From the NCBI GenBank assembly GCA_951406725.2, contig OX597836.1, positions 17,236,001 through 17,300,000 of the forward strand: a stretch of DNA of 64,000 bases. Direction: 5' to 3'. Shown here in pieces: positions 13,725 through 28,279 of this stretch; the first letter of the stretch is position 1, and the number at the start of each line of letters is the position of its first letter. Under the pieces are notes generated by a model, which saw only the letters and a program-made list of their open reading frames with translations, made no database searches and was not told where the DNA came from. The DNA comes from Octopus vulgaris (lineage: Eukaryota). The translations under genes were made by a program, and so were the position numbers.

Positions 13725-14092
13725 ATTATTATTGTTGTTATTGTTGTTATCGTTGTTCTTGTTGTTGTTATTAGGCGGAGAGCTGGCAGAATCGTTAGCG
13801 CGCCGGGCAAAATTGCATAGCGGCATTTTACATTCGTTTTTTACAATTCTGAGTTCAACTATCATCGAGGTCGACTTTGTCTTTCATCCCTTTCGGGGGT
13901 CGATAAAATAAACCAGTTAATCTGAAATGCCTCGTCGTTAGAAAACCGAATACTGCGTTATTAGCCTCGAGATATAAAGATAACCTTTTGGTATTAAATA
14001 GAGCTTCCGACGCCGATAAGAAATTCTTAATTAGCCTGCTGGCTATTTGTGACATTAACGTCTGAAAATATGCTGGTATTCTATCTATATAT

Positions 14093-14549
14093 AAGGCGGC
14101 GAGCTAGCAGAAGCGTTAGCACACCGGGCGAAATGCTTTGCGGTACTTCTTCGTCTGCCGTTACGTTGTGAGTTCAAATTCCGCCGAGGTCGACTTTGCC
14201 TTTCATCCTTTCGGGGGTCGATAAATTAAGTACCAGTTACGCACTGGGGTCGATGTAATCGACATAATACCTATGTCCGTCCTTGTTTGTCCCCTCTATG
14301 TTTAGCCCCTTGTAGGCGGCGAGCTGGCAGAATCGTTAGCACGCCGGGCGAAATGCGTTGCGGTACTTCGTCTGCCGTTACGTTGTGAGTTCATATTCCG
14401 CCGAGGTCGACTTTGCCTTTCATCCTTTCGGGGTCGATAAATTAAGTACCAGTTACGCACTGGGGTCGATGTAATCGACATAATACCTATGTCTGTCCTT
14501 TTTTGTCCCCTCTATGTTTAGCCCCTTGTGGGTAATAAAGAAATAGGTA
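14093..14549 (+). mobile_element. SINE family B, two tandem copies
   Basis: GGCGGCGAGCTGGCAGAA...GAGTTCAAATTCCGCCGAGGTCGACTTTGCCTTTCATCCTTTCGGGGTCGATAAATTAAGTACC repeated at 14093 and 14313. GGTATTCTAT occurs on both sides. A further partial copy lies at 13773-13920. Confidence 0.9.
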
Positions 14550-14925
14550 TTCTATATATCGTAACAGCGAGATTTGATTGGCATGAGGTGACCGGTGACT
14601 CCCACTGATGAAGTCCAGCAGACTAAAATGATGTGATATTAGAATTCCGGCGCCCATGACAGGCGATTCTCTTGTGCTATGATCTGTGTATGTTATTATG
14701 AATCAAACGTCTATACGAGAGGAATTCTGAAGGTTAATAACTCAGCAGTCTGGAGTTCTAACAATGGATTTAAAGATTAGATTTTGGAAGCAATATTGCT
14801 TCCGTCGCTAATAATTAATAAACATATATATATCCGCTAGACATCATTAGTTGATGTGTCTCGGGAACCAATCTATCTATTTATCTATCTATCTATCTAT
14901 CTATCTATCTGTGTGTGCGTGTGTG

Positions 14926-15004
<79 letters not shown>

Positions 15005-15017
15005 GTGTGTGTGTGTG

Positions 15018-15078
<61 letters not shown>

Positions 15079-15095
15079 ATGTGTGTGTGTGTCTG

Positions 15096-15173
<78 letters not shown>

Positions 15174-15257
15174 CATCTATCTATCTAGCTATTTGTACAT
15201 ACACAAACTTCCTCCATCATACACATACACACGCACGCCCGACCATGCACACACACA

Positions 15258-15319
<62 letters not shown>

Positions 15320-16004
15320 CACACACAAACGCAAATACGCCTGCAGGAACGGATGTTTGGAAAATCCTGTCCGCCATAGACAACGACAATTTCCTCAAAC
15401 AAACAGGACGTATTGAAAGGGATCCGAATGTATCCACAAGGCTTACACACAAACACACACACACACACACGTCTTATAAACCACTTCAATCTTTACGATA
15501 TCGTAATTGTAACTTTATTCCTAAAGCCATTTTTACACTATAACCCCCACCACACACAGACTCATACACGCATCCCATATTCATTCACAGACACACGTAG
15601 GCACGCACGCACGCAAACCGACATTCTACACAGGCACTCACACACATATGGGATAGATATGCGGATAGATGGATGGTAGATATATTGTTATTTCTATGAA
15701 AGTAGCAGCCATATTTGTGAAGTGTCTTTTCGCTGCAAACTAATTAATCGTTCCAAATTTGATAATTTTTTTTTCTTCATTGTTATTGGATGGACATTTT
15801 CGTCATTAAATTTGTCTTGCATCATAGAATAATGCTCAATACCATTGCCGTTTACCTATGTATATATATATGCATGCATGTCTGTCTGTATTTCTGTCTG
15901 TCTGTCTGTCTGAATGTATGTATGTATGTACGTACGTATGTGTGTGCGTGTGTGTACATGTGTGTGTGTTTGTGCGCGCAGCTATGTGTGTCTATGCATG
16001 GACG

Positions 16005-16044
<40 letters not shown>

Positions 16045-16083
16045 AATCATCCAATCAGTCAGTCAGTCAATCAACAATCAATC

Positions 16084-16142
<59 letters not shown>

Positions 16143-16160
16143 AATCAGTCATTCAGTCAG

Positions 16161-16328
<168 letters not shown>

Positions 16329-16748
16329 TATGTACATACATATATACACACACACATACATGCATACATACATACATACATACATACATACATACATACA
16401 TACATACATACATACATACATACATACAAACATACATACATACATACATGCATACATACATACGTATGTACAATACATTTTAATACATGCATAGATAGAT
16501 ACATTTAAATACTTGATAGATAGATGGCTAGAAAGAGAGAGGGAAAGAGAGTAAGACAGAGTGAGAGATACTTGCACACATAGAGACATACATGCATATA
16601 TGACACACATTTACACATAAGTGTATTTATCTTATATGTCTGTGTATCACCCTGTATGGCTATTTGCATTTTAGTTTATCTATGTATATAGGCAGATGGA
16701 GAGACAGATAGATGCATACATGTATGTACACATAGTTACGCGAATGTG

Positions 16749-16784
<36 letters not shown>

Positions 16785-17105
16785 TGTATGTATGTATGTA
16801 TGTATGTATGCATGTATGTATACATGTATGTATGTATGTATGTATGTATGTATGTATGTATGTATGTATGTATGTATGTATGTATGTGTGTGTATATGTG
16901 CGTGTTTATGCGTCTGCTTATGCATATATGTATGTATGTATGCATATATGTATGTATGTATGTATGTATGCATGTAAGTATGTATATACTTATATATACA
17001 TATATGTATATATATATATAAATATATATATATTTATATATTCATATGTATATATAGGCATATATAAGCACACACACACACATATATATATATATATGCA
17101 CACGC

Positions 17106-17187
<82 letters not shown>

Positions 17188-17266
17188 CATACATATGTGT
17201 GTTGTGTGGTATTTAAGCTTATTAGGATAGAAGTTAGAAAGCCGGATAGAAAGTGAGAGAGAGAGT

Positions 17267-17301
<35 letters not shown>

Positions 17302-17553
17302 GATGAGAAGAGGAGATAAGAGGAGTGAATGCGTGTGTGTGTATGTGTGTTTGAGAGAGATAGATAGATAGAGAGAGAACGAGAGATAGGAGAGAGAGGG
17401 TGAGAGGAAGAGGGGAGAAAGAGAGAGAGAGAGAGTGAGAGAATATTTGTGTAGAAGAAAGCTTTATCATTTTGACAGATAATATAGAAATGTCTTCCTA
17501 TAGAAATATTCAACTCTTTTGTTGCTGGAAGAGACACACGGACACCTGTACAC

Positions 17554-17614
<61 letters not shown>

Positions 17615-17789
17615 TACACACACACATGCACACACACATGTTTGCAGAATCAACATTCATACACATGCACACATATCTGTGTGTGTATATATATGTGTGT
17701 ATATGTATATGTTTGTGTATGCATATATGTGTATGCATGTGTTTGTGTGTGTATGCGCACAGGTACATGTATGCATATCTATAATCTAA

Positions 17790-17848
<59 letters not shown>

Positions 17849-17898
17849 CATGTATATTATATGTGTATTTGTAAGTGTGTATATGCCAGTGTGTGAGC

Positions 17899-17985
<87 letters not shown>

Positions 17986-18023
17986 CATATGTGTGCATTT
18001 TTATGGTCTAAATATCTAAATAT

Positions 18024-18079
<56 letters not shown>

Positions 18080-18099
18080 ATATAAATATATATGTATAT

Positions 18100-18155
<56 letters not shown>

Positions 18156-18344
18156 ATAAATATATATATATATCGTATACATGTCTGTTATACACGTATT
18201 TGTCGGTATGTGTGTGTGTGTATGATTGAGATAAATCGTTTGCAACTTTAAGTACCGATAATTTCAACGTAAGTACCGAACTGGCGAACACCATACGCAC
18301 AGTTTATATGTGTGTACATTGAATATATGGTACCACTACTACTT

Positions 18345-18436
<92 letters not shown>

Positions 18437-18498
18437 CACACACACACACACTTACACATCAATACTTAAGTCTTTCATCTGCCATATATATATTTACA

Positions 18499-18529
<31 letters not shown>

Positions 18530-18789
18530 TGCTTTCGGTGCGAATGGTTCTTACACGGTGTTGTATTTTATAATCCTGTAAATACTAATAATGGTATTTT
18601 TATATAAGCCTAAGGCGATCAACGTACAATGAGTACGGCAAATAGTCTAATAAAGGGGCACATAAGCCCTCGACAGAAAAAAGAAGGCTTTCGTCGAGGG
18701 CTCATATGCCCCTTCATTAGATTATTTTCCTTAGTCATTACACGGTGGTCGCCATAAGGTTTATGTTTATGTAAAAATACCTTTATTAG

Positions 18790-18827
<38 letters not shown>

Positions 18828-19072
18828 GATTACTCATGTACACGTATGTACCTATATGTATGAATAAACATATATATCCAGGGTCTAGATATGCATTCGT
18901 ATTGATAAGATATATACACGAATATAAACATATCTGCATATATATATATATTTGAGTATGTATGTACACATATACATTTATATTCATATATACATATATA
19001 TACAAACATCCATCCATCCATACGTACGTACATACACACACATATATATGTATATGTGTATATATATGTATA

Positions 19073-19128
<56 letters not shown>

Positions 19129-19133
19129 TATAG

Positions 19134-19179
<46 letters not shown>

Positions 19180-19794
19180 ATATATGTGTGTGTATATATA
19201 TATGTGTATGTATATAGACACGTATACATAGAAACTCACACACATGTCCATACAGACATATCCATTCTTACACATATATACACGAATAGATAAGGTTAGT
19301 GTATACAGATAATATAAATATCGATTGGCGCGCAGTTAGGTATAGTGATATCATATACATAAATATATACATACTCATATATATGAATATATATATATAT
19401 GTATATGTATATATACATATTAGCATATTGATATATATATATATATATACATAGATATATATATGCATATAGATATATATACATATATATGCATATATAC
19501 ATGCATACACACACATATATAAATATATGTGTAAATATATATACACACATACATATATTTAGTATGTACATGTGTATGCACACACAAATATTTACACACG
19601 AATAATCGAACTCTATTGACATGTGACAGTATACAAATAAACACAAATATAGACGCATATGTGTGTGTGTGTTTGTGTATATAATAACGCATAAATGTAT
19701 ACACACATGTATATATGTATGAATGTTTATCTATTCATAAGCCTATTTACAGCGATAGAATATATGTACGTGTATGTGTGTGTGTGTGCATATA

Positions 19795-19850
<56 letters not shown>

Positions 19851-19876
19851 TATATATATAATGTATATGCATAAAA

Positions 19877-19911
<35 letters not shown>

Positions 19912-19955
19912 GTGTGTGTGTGTCTGTATACTTGTGTATATCCGGGTTTGAGAAC

Positions 19956-20044
<89 letters not shown>

Positions 20045-20621
20045 TATATGTATGTATGTATTCATGTATCTACGAAGAAAATTACACACACACACAGAAA
20101 CACATTCCAACCAAGCTTTCAGTGAAAACAATACTTCTCGCCCAATTTCTTCCACTCTTCCAGTCTTAGAGCTCTTTCAGACGCCATTAAGAATTTCTGT
20201 CCGTTCCATTGACTGTTTCTGCGTTCACAATGGTACAGAACGTCTTTATAGTCTCAGAAACTGTCTTTGCAATTAAAGACGGTGGTATGGCTTCCACTTG
20301 GTTGAGAGCATTGAGAGAGAGAGTGAGTGAGAGAGAGAGAGAGAGAGAGGGAGAGAGGGCGAGGGAGAGAGAGGGCAGAGAGGGTGGCAGGGAGAGAGGG
20401 AGAGAGTGGGAGGGAGAGAGTGAGAAAGAGAGAGGGTAGAGAAAGAAAGAGAAAGTCTGAAACACTCAGAGAGAAACAGGGAAAGTTATAGCGCGTGGTA
20501 AAGTTTGCATAGATGTGTGTGTGGAGTAGTGTGTGTATGTACGTATGTATGTATGTATGTATGTATGTATGTATGTATGTATGTATATATATATATATGT
20601 ATGTATATATATATGAATATA

Positions 20622-20672
<51 letters not shown>

Positions 20673-20819
20673 GTATATATATAGGTATGTATGTAAGTAT
20701 GTATGTATGTATATACATATGAGTGTGTGTCCGTGTGTGCGTGTATGCACATATAAAATGGCTGCTGTTTAATACATCATCATAGGTGTAGTACTAAATG
20801 AATAGGACCACAGTAATAT

Positions 20820-21315
20820 TGGTTTGAGATTTTGGCACAGGGCTTGCAATTTGGGGGTAGGAGGTAAGTCTATCAAACCGACCCCACTGGTACTTATTTT
20901 GTTCACGCCCAAAGCATGCAGGACGAAGGCTGCTCAGCATTTTGCACCGAGTGCTAACGATAGTGCCAGCTTGCCGCCTTTGACTTCAAAGTTTTGGCAC
21001 AAGGCCATCAATTTTAGGAGAAGGAGGAAGTCTGTTCTGCCAGCTCCCCTCCCTTAGAATGGCAGTTATATTAGTTTCCTTTCTTTTCTACTCGAGGCAC
21101 AAGGCCCGAAATTTCAGGGGAGGTGGCAAGTCGATTAGATCGACCCCAGTACGCAACTGGGACTTACTTTATCGACTCCCGAAATGATGAAAGGCAAAGT
21201 TGACCTAGGTGAAATTTGAACTCAGAACGTAAAGGCACGAAATACCGCTAAGCATTTTGCCCAGTTTGCTAACGTTTCTGCCAGCTCACTCAGGTATTTT
21301 TCGATGTTGTTGTTG

Positions 21316-21395
<80 letters not shown>

Positions 21396-22276
21396 TTATT
21401 GCTTCCACCATTCATTAGCTGTTCAAAAAATTGTAGTCAGGTTTTATTCCTTGTAAAATAATAATGAAATCATACTTTTTTTTCTGATAGAGATCAGCTT
21501 TAAAAATTATATTTTATCCTCTTTTAACTTGAACATTTTAACTAATGTTTTCGTGTCGAAAATTATGATTTAAATTACGTTTTTACGTAAAACAATTTTT
21601 ATAATAATATTTTGGGTGTAATGACTCTTCGACGATACACCCAAAATAAAAAAGAAAAAAAAAACTATTCGTCTTACGATGGTGTCTGATATGATACAAG
21701 AACAGCAATGTCGAGGGGGAAATGCTTTTGTCGATATTATCGACCCCCAGTACTCGGCAGGTTCTTTATTTTATCGATCATGAAAGGTTGAAGGACAATG
21801 TTGACCTGAACGGGATTTGAACTGAGAAAGTAAAGAACCGCTACAAATATCGTATGGCATTTCTTCCGATGTGCTAACCAGTCTGCCAGCTCGCTGCTCT
21901 TCGGAAGTTAAATATTTCTTTTATGTATATATTTCTTTACTACCCACAAGGGACAAACAAGGACAGACAAAGGGATTAAAGCGATTACATCGACCCCAGT
22001 GCGAAACTGGTACTCTATTTATCGACCCCGAGCAGGTACAAGGCCTGAAGTTTTCGTGGAGGAAATTGTCGATTAGAGCGATCCCAGTGCTCGACTGGTA
22101 CTTCTTTAATCGATGCCGAAAGGATAAAGGACAAAGTGGACCTCGGCAGCATTTGAACTCAGAACTAAAAACGGACTAGTTACCGCAAATCATTTTGTCC
22201 GAGTGTGCGCTAACGATTCTACTTGTTCATTCAACTGAAAGAAGAAGAAGAAGAAGAAGAAGAAGAAGAAGAAGAA

Positions 22277-22323
<47 letters not shown>

Positions 22324-22830
22324 AGAAGAAGAAGAAGAAGAAGAAGAAGAAGAAGAAGAAGAAGAAGAAGAAGAAGAAGAAGAAGAAGAAGAAGAAGAAG
22401 AAGAAGAAGAAGAAGGTACAAGGCCTGAAGTTTTCGTGGAGGAAATTGTCAATTAGAGCGATCCCAGTACTTTTTTAATCGATCCCAAAAGGATAAAAGC
22501 AAAGTCAACTTCGGCAGCATTTGAACTCAGAACGTAAAGCCGGAAGAAATCTCACGAAGCATTTTGTCCTGTACGATAACGTTTCTGCCGGCTCGCCGCC
22601 TTAACAGTTGTTTCAAATTTCTTTGCACAAGGCCAGCAATTTCGAGAGGAGAGTGGAAGTCGATTACATTGATCCAGTGTTCAATACTCAACTGATACTT
22701 ATTGCATCGACTCTGAAAGGATGGAAGGTAGAGTTGACTTCGGCAGAATTTGAACTCAGAATGTAAAGACCGACGAAATGCTATTATGCATTTTGCCTGG
22801 CGCGTTAACGATTCTGCCAGCTCGCCGCCA
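20820..22830 (-). mobile_element. Cluster of diverged SINE family B copies and fragments
   Basis: Repeated ATCGACCCC...GAAAGGATGAAAGGCAAAGTCGACCTCGGC...TTTGAACTCAGAACG...CTGCCAGCTCGCCGCC motifs, interleaved with AT-rich DNA and microsatellites. Confidence 0.75.
21391..22414 (+). repeat. Left outer arm of a long inverted duplication
   Basis: Reverse complement of 29412-30395. ORFs 21871-22179(+) and 29585-29857(-) translate almost identically. Confidence 0.92.
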
Positions 22831-22834
22831 TTTT

Positions 22835-23272
22835 GGAATTAAAGAATGAAAGACCTAGTAGTTGCACCCTAAAGGAAGTTCCAGTAATCAGGGACGTTCC
22901 ATTTTTGCCTAATTTACAACTATTTTGAAGACTTCATTTAGCGATGCTACTTCTTAAATTTACAAGAATTTTGCAATTTCTTGAACTTTTTCTAGTTTTC
23001 TCTTCCATCTCTTTATCTAAGTTGTATTTTTTAAACTTCAGTATTTCATTCTTAGGGTTGAAACTAATTTTAACAGGAATGAGTTAACTAAGTTTTGCAC
23101 AGAAATTTCTCATAAAATATACTTTAAAAAAAAATTCAATACAAAAAATTCGATTTTATTCAAGATTGAATTGTGAAATAATCATTCACTGAGATTTTCA
23201 AAATAATTCTAATGAAGCAGAGACTTGTCCTTTTTCATTCGATTTACGGTCGTTACAAGATCTTGGTTTATC
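22835..23272 (+). repeat. Left inner arm of an older inverted duplication
   Basis: Diverged reverse complement of 26911-27352, e.g. CTAATTTTAACAGGAATGAGTTAAC vs GTTAACTCATTCCTGTTAAAATTAG. Confidence 0.85.
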
Positions 23273-23309
23273 TGCCTTTTCGCTGTCACTTATTTCAATC
23301 ATTAAACTG

Positions 23310-23745
23310 CGGCCATATTTCGACCGTGCTACAGCCATGCTGTGGCCAAGATGCGGCCATATTATGGCCATACTGTGGCCAAGATGCGGCCATGCTACAG
23401 CCATGCTGTGGCCAAGATGCGGCCATGTTATGGCCATGCTGCGGCCAAGATGCGGCTATGTTACAGCCATGCTGTGGCCAAGATGCGGCCATGTTATGGC
23501 CATGCTGTGGCCAAGATGCGGCCATGTTACGGCCATGCTGTGGCCAAGATGCGGCCATGTTACGGCCATGCTGTAGCCATGCTGCGGCCATGCTGTGGTC
23601 ATGCTGTGGCCATGCTCGGTCATGCTGCAGCCATGATACTGCCATGCTGTGGCCATGCTCGGTCATGCTGCAGCCATGCTGTGGCCATGATACTGCCATG
23701 CTGTGGCCATGATACGGCCATGCTGTGGCCAAGATACGGCCATGG
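23310..23745. repeat. Minisatellite of 11-bp GGCCATGCTGT-type subunits in 33-bp higher-order units, inside a minus-strand SINE A copy (about 23290-23995)
   Basis: GGCCATGCTGT-GGCCAAGATGC-GGCCATGTTAY repeats, with 11-aa periodicity in the ORF track. Confidence 0.92.
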
Positions 23746-24346
23746 TTTCTTTTTACCGAACCGTTACGTGGACGTTAATGAAGCAACACCGGTTGCAAAG
23801 TAGTGAAAGGGAAAATATACACGACACAAGCTCAAAGACACACTCACACAACACCACACACACACACGTTCGACTGGCATTCTTTAGTTTCCGTCTACAA
23901 AGATTTTATCGGCCCGGGGCTAAAGTAGAAGACACTTGCTCAAGGTGCCACGTAGGGGGGACTGAGCCCGGAACCTTATGGCTGGGATTCAAACTTTTTT
24001 TTTTGTTTACAAAGAAAAAGCCAAAATAAGAACAAACAAAAATACAATTTCCAATCTTTATTCTGCGCAGATATATTTTATTGATTCTCTGCCAACATCT
24101 TCTGTACAGCAGCTGTGTTTTAAAAGATGAGCACAAGGCGCTGGTGTGGCTGCGTGATAAAAATTTGCTTCCCAACCACATGGTTTCGGGTTCAGTCCCA
24201 CTGCTTGGTACCTTTGGCAAGTGTCTTCTATTATAGCCTCGGGCCGACCAAAGCCTCGTGACTGCATTTAGTTGAGGGAAACGGCAAGAAGCTTATCGTA
24301 TACGTTACACACACGCACACGCACACACTCACACATACACACACAT

Positions 24347-24637
24347 CTGTTGCGTTACCAACCTTGTCTCCACTCTTTTGGCTTTAAAAACCTACTTTGC
24401 TCTTGTTATCGTAAACTTCCGCCTTTCACCATGTGTAACTCGTAAACACCAGTCGTTTTTTTTCTCTATCCCTGTTGCCCGCTTTGGGATCTTTCTTTCT
24501 TCTCTTCCTTCTTTATGTTTCCGACGAAGAGCTCCGCTCGAAACGTCATACCTTCCTGCTTCCATTTCCTGAGCGCCTATTAATAATAATACTGTAATTG
24601 TTCCATTGTTGTTGTTTTTTGTTTTCCCGTTTGGATT

Positions 24638-24640
<3 letters not shown>
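24347..24640 (+). mobile_element. HHR-bearing element, family D (longer, diverged copy)
   Basis: GTTT CCGACGA A GAGC TCC GCTC GAAACGTC ATAC at 24517-24551. Ends GTTTGGATTAA followed by (TA)n. Confidence 0.75.
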
Positions 24641-24681
<41 letters not shown>

Positions 24682-24682
24682 G

Positions 24683-24772
<90 letters not shown>

Positions 24773-24801
24773 TGTGTGTGAGTGCGTGTTTCTATTTAAA
24801 T

Positions 24802-25075
24802 AGCCAGGCTCATGGGCCCGGTTTCCCGGTTTCTGTGGCGTATGTGTTCCCCCCAGCTGGTCCATCGTAGCATTACTCAAGAAGCAGGAAGAAAGACCGA
24901 GAGAAAGTTGGGGGCGAAAGAGTACAACAGGGGTCGCCACCACCCCCTGACGGAGCCTCATGGACCTTTAGGTCTTTTCGCTCAAACAAATACACACAAC
25001 GCCCGGTTTGGGAATCGAAACCGCGATCCCCCGATCGCGAGTTCGCTGCCCAAACCACTGAGCCTTTGCGCCTCT
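24802..25075 (-). mobile_element. SINE group C (tRNA-like head, V-domain-like tail)
   Basis: Minus strand GAGGCGCAAAGGCTCAGTGG...GGTTTCGATTCCC head, shared body, and GAAACCGGGAAACCGG tail. Confidence 0.8.
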
Positions 25076-25882
25076 ACATATATATATATATGTGTGTGTG
25101 TGTGTGGGGGGTATGTCTGTGTTTGTCCCTCACTCCACCGCATGACAACTGTTGTTGGTATGTTTACATCCTCATGACTTAGCGGTTCGGCAAAAAGGAA
25201 CCGATAGAATAAGTACCAGGCTTAAAAAAGCTAATAGGCACAGGGATCGATTCGTTCGACTAAAACGTCTTCAAGGGCGGTGCCCCAGCATGGGCGCAGT
25301 CTAATGACTGAAACAAGCCTAAGATAAAACGAAAAAAAAAATACTAAGGACGGAAACCAAAGACATTCTGCTTTTTATTTTCCCTGACGCTCTGAAGCTG
25401 ATACCTAAGTAGAAAACACACCTGTCTCATTAAATCTATAAAGATATTGCAGTTACAGGTGAGACGTAATTCTACTCTATCGCATTACTGAATAATTAGG
25501 TTTATGGGATTAGCTTCTGTATGTGAACTACTTTGGTTTATTAAAAGTGGTAGAACAGTTCTTGGATATTTGCAATAAACCTAAAAAGGGAAAGATGTGG
25601 TGCTTTGTTCGTTTTATGTATGCGTGTATGATGGTGGTGGTGGTGGTGGAGGTTGTGGTGGTTGTGGTGGTGGTGGTGGTGATGGTGGTGTAGATGTTAT
25701 CTAGGAGTCAAGAGATAGAAGGCGGCAGCTTAGAAATATCTGCGTTCCGCTGATTGCGAATTTGTAATTATATTAAATGCATTATCAGATCCCATACCAT
25801 GGGTTTCATGTCGTCATCCGCGCTGAATATTAACGATGTTCACTGTTAAACGAGATAAGAGTAGGGATGTACGTGGATATGT

Positions 25883-25945
<63 letters not shown>

Positions 25946-26028
25946 TGCGTGTTTCTATTTAAATAGCTGGATAGATAGAGAGATAAACACAGCTAGCTAA
26001 ATGGATATATGGATAATGATAGAAATTT

Positions 26029-26066
<38 letters not shown>

Positions 26067-26172
26067 AAGAGAGAGTAAGAGTAGGAAAGATAGATGGCTG
26101 ATGGAGACAGACAGACAGACAGACAGACTAGCTAGATGGATGGACAATAATAGAGATATTGGGAGAGGTAGT

Positions 26173-26238
<66 letters not shown>

Positions 26239-26910
26239 AATATTGGTACAAGGTCAGCAATTTTAGGGGAGGTGTAAGTCGATTATATCGACCCCAGTAC
26301 ACGACTGGTATTTATTTCATCGACCCCGAAAAGTTGAGAAGCAGAGTCAGCTAGATGGATGGATGGATGGATGGATGGACAATGGTAGAGCTATTTATTT
26401 AGAGATATTTAGAAAGAGTAAGGGTGAGTGAGAGGGAGAGAGATGGATGGATGGATGAATGGCTGGAGATAGAAAGATAGAATGGTAGATAGATAGATAA
26501 GCAAACAAAATCGAACACACTGGGTTCTTTCAACAATCAAGAACTTGCTTTTTGGGGTCGATATATTCGACTTAATCCGTTTGTCTGTCCTTGTTTGTCC
26601 CCTCTGTGTGTAGCCCCTTGTGGACAGTAAAGAAATAAGAACTTGCTTTTGGTCACTCAATGTATCTAAACTCATCTGTGTATTTATGTCTATGTGAGTG
26701 CGTGTGTGTGTATGTGTCTTTGTGTCTGTGTTTGTCCCCCACTCCACCACTTGGCATCCGATGTTGGTGTGTTTACGTCCTTATAGCTTAGCCGTTCAGC
26801 AAAAGGGACCGATAGAATAAGCACCAGGCTTAAACTGATAACTACTGGGGTCGATTCATTCGACTAAAAGTTCTTCAAGGTAGTGCTCCAGCATGGCCGC
26901 AGTCCACACT

Positions 26911-27352
26911 GAATAAATCAAGGTTGTGTAAAAAATGGTAAATTGAACGAAAAATAGCAAGTTTGCCTTTTAATAAGATTTATTCTTGAAATATCAGTAA
27001 ATGATTATTTCTTAATACAGATCGATTTTTTTTTCATTGAATTTTATGAATAATAAAAAAAAAAAAAAAGTACTTTGCATGAAATTTCAGAACAAAATTT
27101 TGTTAACTCATTCCTGTTAAAATTAGCTTCGATCCTAAGAATGAAATACTGAAGTTTAAAAAATGCATTTTTGGTACGGAGGTAGAAAGAAAAATAAACA
27201 GTTCTAAAAATTTCATGAATTCCTGCAAATTAGGAAGTTTCATCTCTAAATGAAGCCTTCACAATAGTTTTAAATTGGGTAAAATTGACACCATTCCTGG
27301 TTATTGAAACTTCCTTTTATGGTACAACTACAAGGTTTTTTATTATTTATTC
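26911..27352 (-). repeat. Right inner arm of an older inverted duplication
   Basis: Partner of 22835-23272. Confidence 0.85.
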
Positions 27353-27369
27353 ACAGAAAAGAAAAAAAA

Positions 27370-27860
27370 GCGGAGCTGGCAGAATCGTTAGCGCGCTGGA
27401 CGAAATGCTTAGCGGTATTTCGTCTGCTGTTACGTCCTGAGTTCAAATTCTGCCGAGGTCGACTTTGCCTTTCATCCTTTCGGGGTCGATTAAATAAGAA
27501 CCAGTTACGCACTGGGGTCGATATGATCGACTTAATCCGTTTGTCTGTCCTTGTTTGTCCTCTCTGTGTTTAGCCCCTTGTGGGTAGTAAAGAAATAGGT
27601 ACAACTACAAGGTTTTTCATTATTTACTCACACACACACACAAAAAAAAAAAAAACCGGAGCTGGCTGAATCGTTAGCACACCGAGCAAAATGGTTAGCG
27701 ACATTTTGCCCGTCTTCGCTTTCTGGTTCAAATTCCGCCAAGGTTGACTTTGCCTTTATCATTTCGGGCTCGAGAAAATAAGTAATATTTGAGCCCTGGG
27801 GTCGATGTAATTGACTTAGACCCTCCCAAACAATCTGAAGTCTTGTATCTAAAGTAGAAA
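27370..27860 (+). mobile_element. SINE family B, a young copy followed by an older copy
   Basis: 27370-27598 is close to the other intact B copies and 27657-27860 is diverged. GGTACAACTACAAGGTTTTT is duplicated at 27321 and 27598. Confidence 0.85.
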
Positions 27861-27901
27861 GGTTACTTACTTCCCTCCACAAAAAAATAAAATAAAATAA
27901 A

Positions 27902-28279
27902 AGGCGCAGGAATGGCTGTGTGGTAAGTAGCTTGCTTACCTACCACATGGTTCCGGGTTCATTCCCACTGCGTGGCACCTTGGGCAAGTGTTCTGCTGTA
28001 GTTTCGGGCCGACCAAAGCCTTGTGAGTGGATTTGGTAGACGGAAACATATATGTATATGTGTGTGTGTGTTTGTATTTCTGTGTTTGTCCCTCCAACAT
28101 CGCTTGGCAACCGATGCTGGTGTGTTTACGTTCCCCTAACTTAGCGGCTTGGCAAAAGAGACCGATAGAATAAGTATTAGGCTTACAAAGAATAAGTCCT
28201 GGGGTCGATTTGCTCGACTAAAGGTGGTGTTCCAGCATGGCCGCAGTCAAATGACTGAAACAAGTAAAAAGAGTAAAAA
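27902..28279 (+). mobile_element. SINE family A (near full length)
   Basis: Head, internal TG tract and tail as in 2549-2995. Confidence 0.9.

Noticed and set aside
20105-20310. Non-repetitive island that could be an exon
   Set aside because: No recognisable protein motif or convincing splice sites in any frame.
23310-23745. Regular repeats resembling a CRISPR array or a Cys-rich repeat protein
   Set aside because: No unique spacers and no cas genes in a eukaryotic context; it is a tandem minisatellite inside a SINE.
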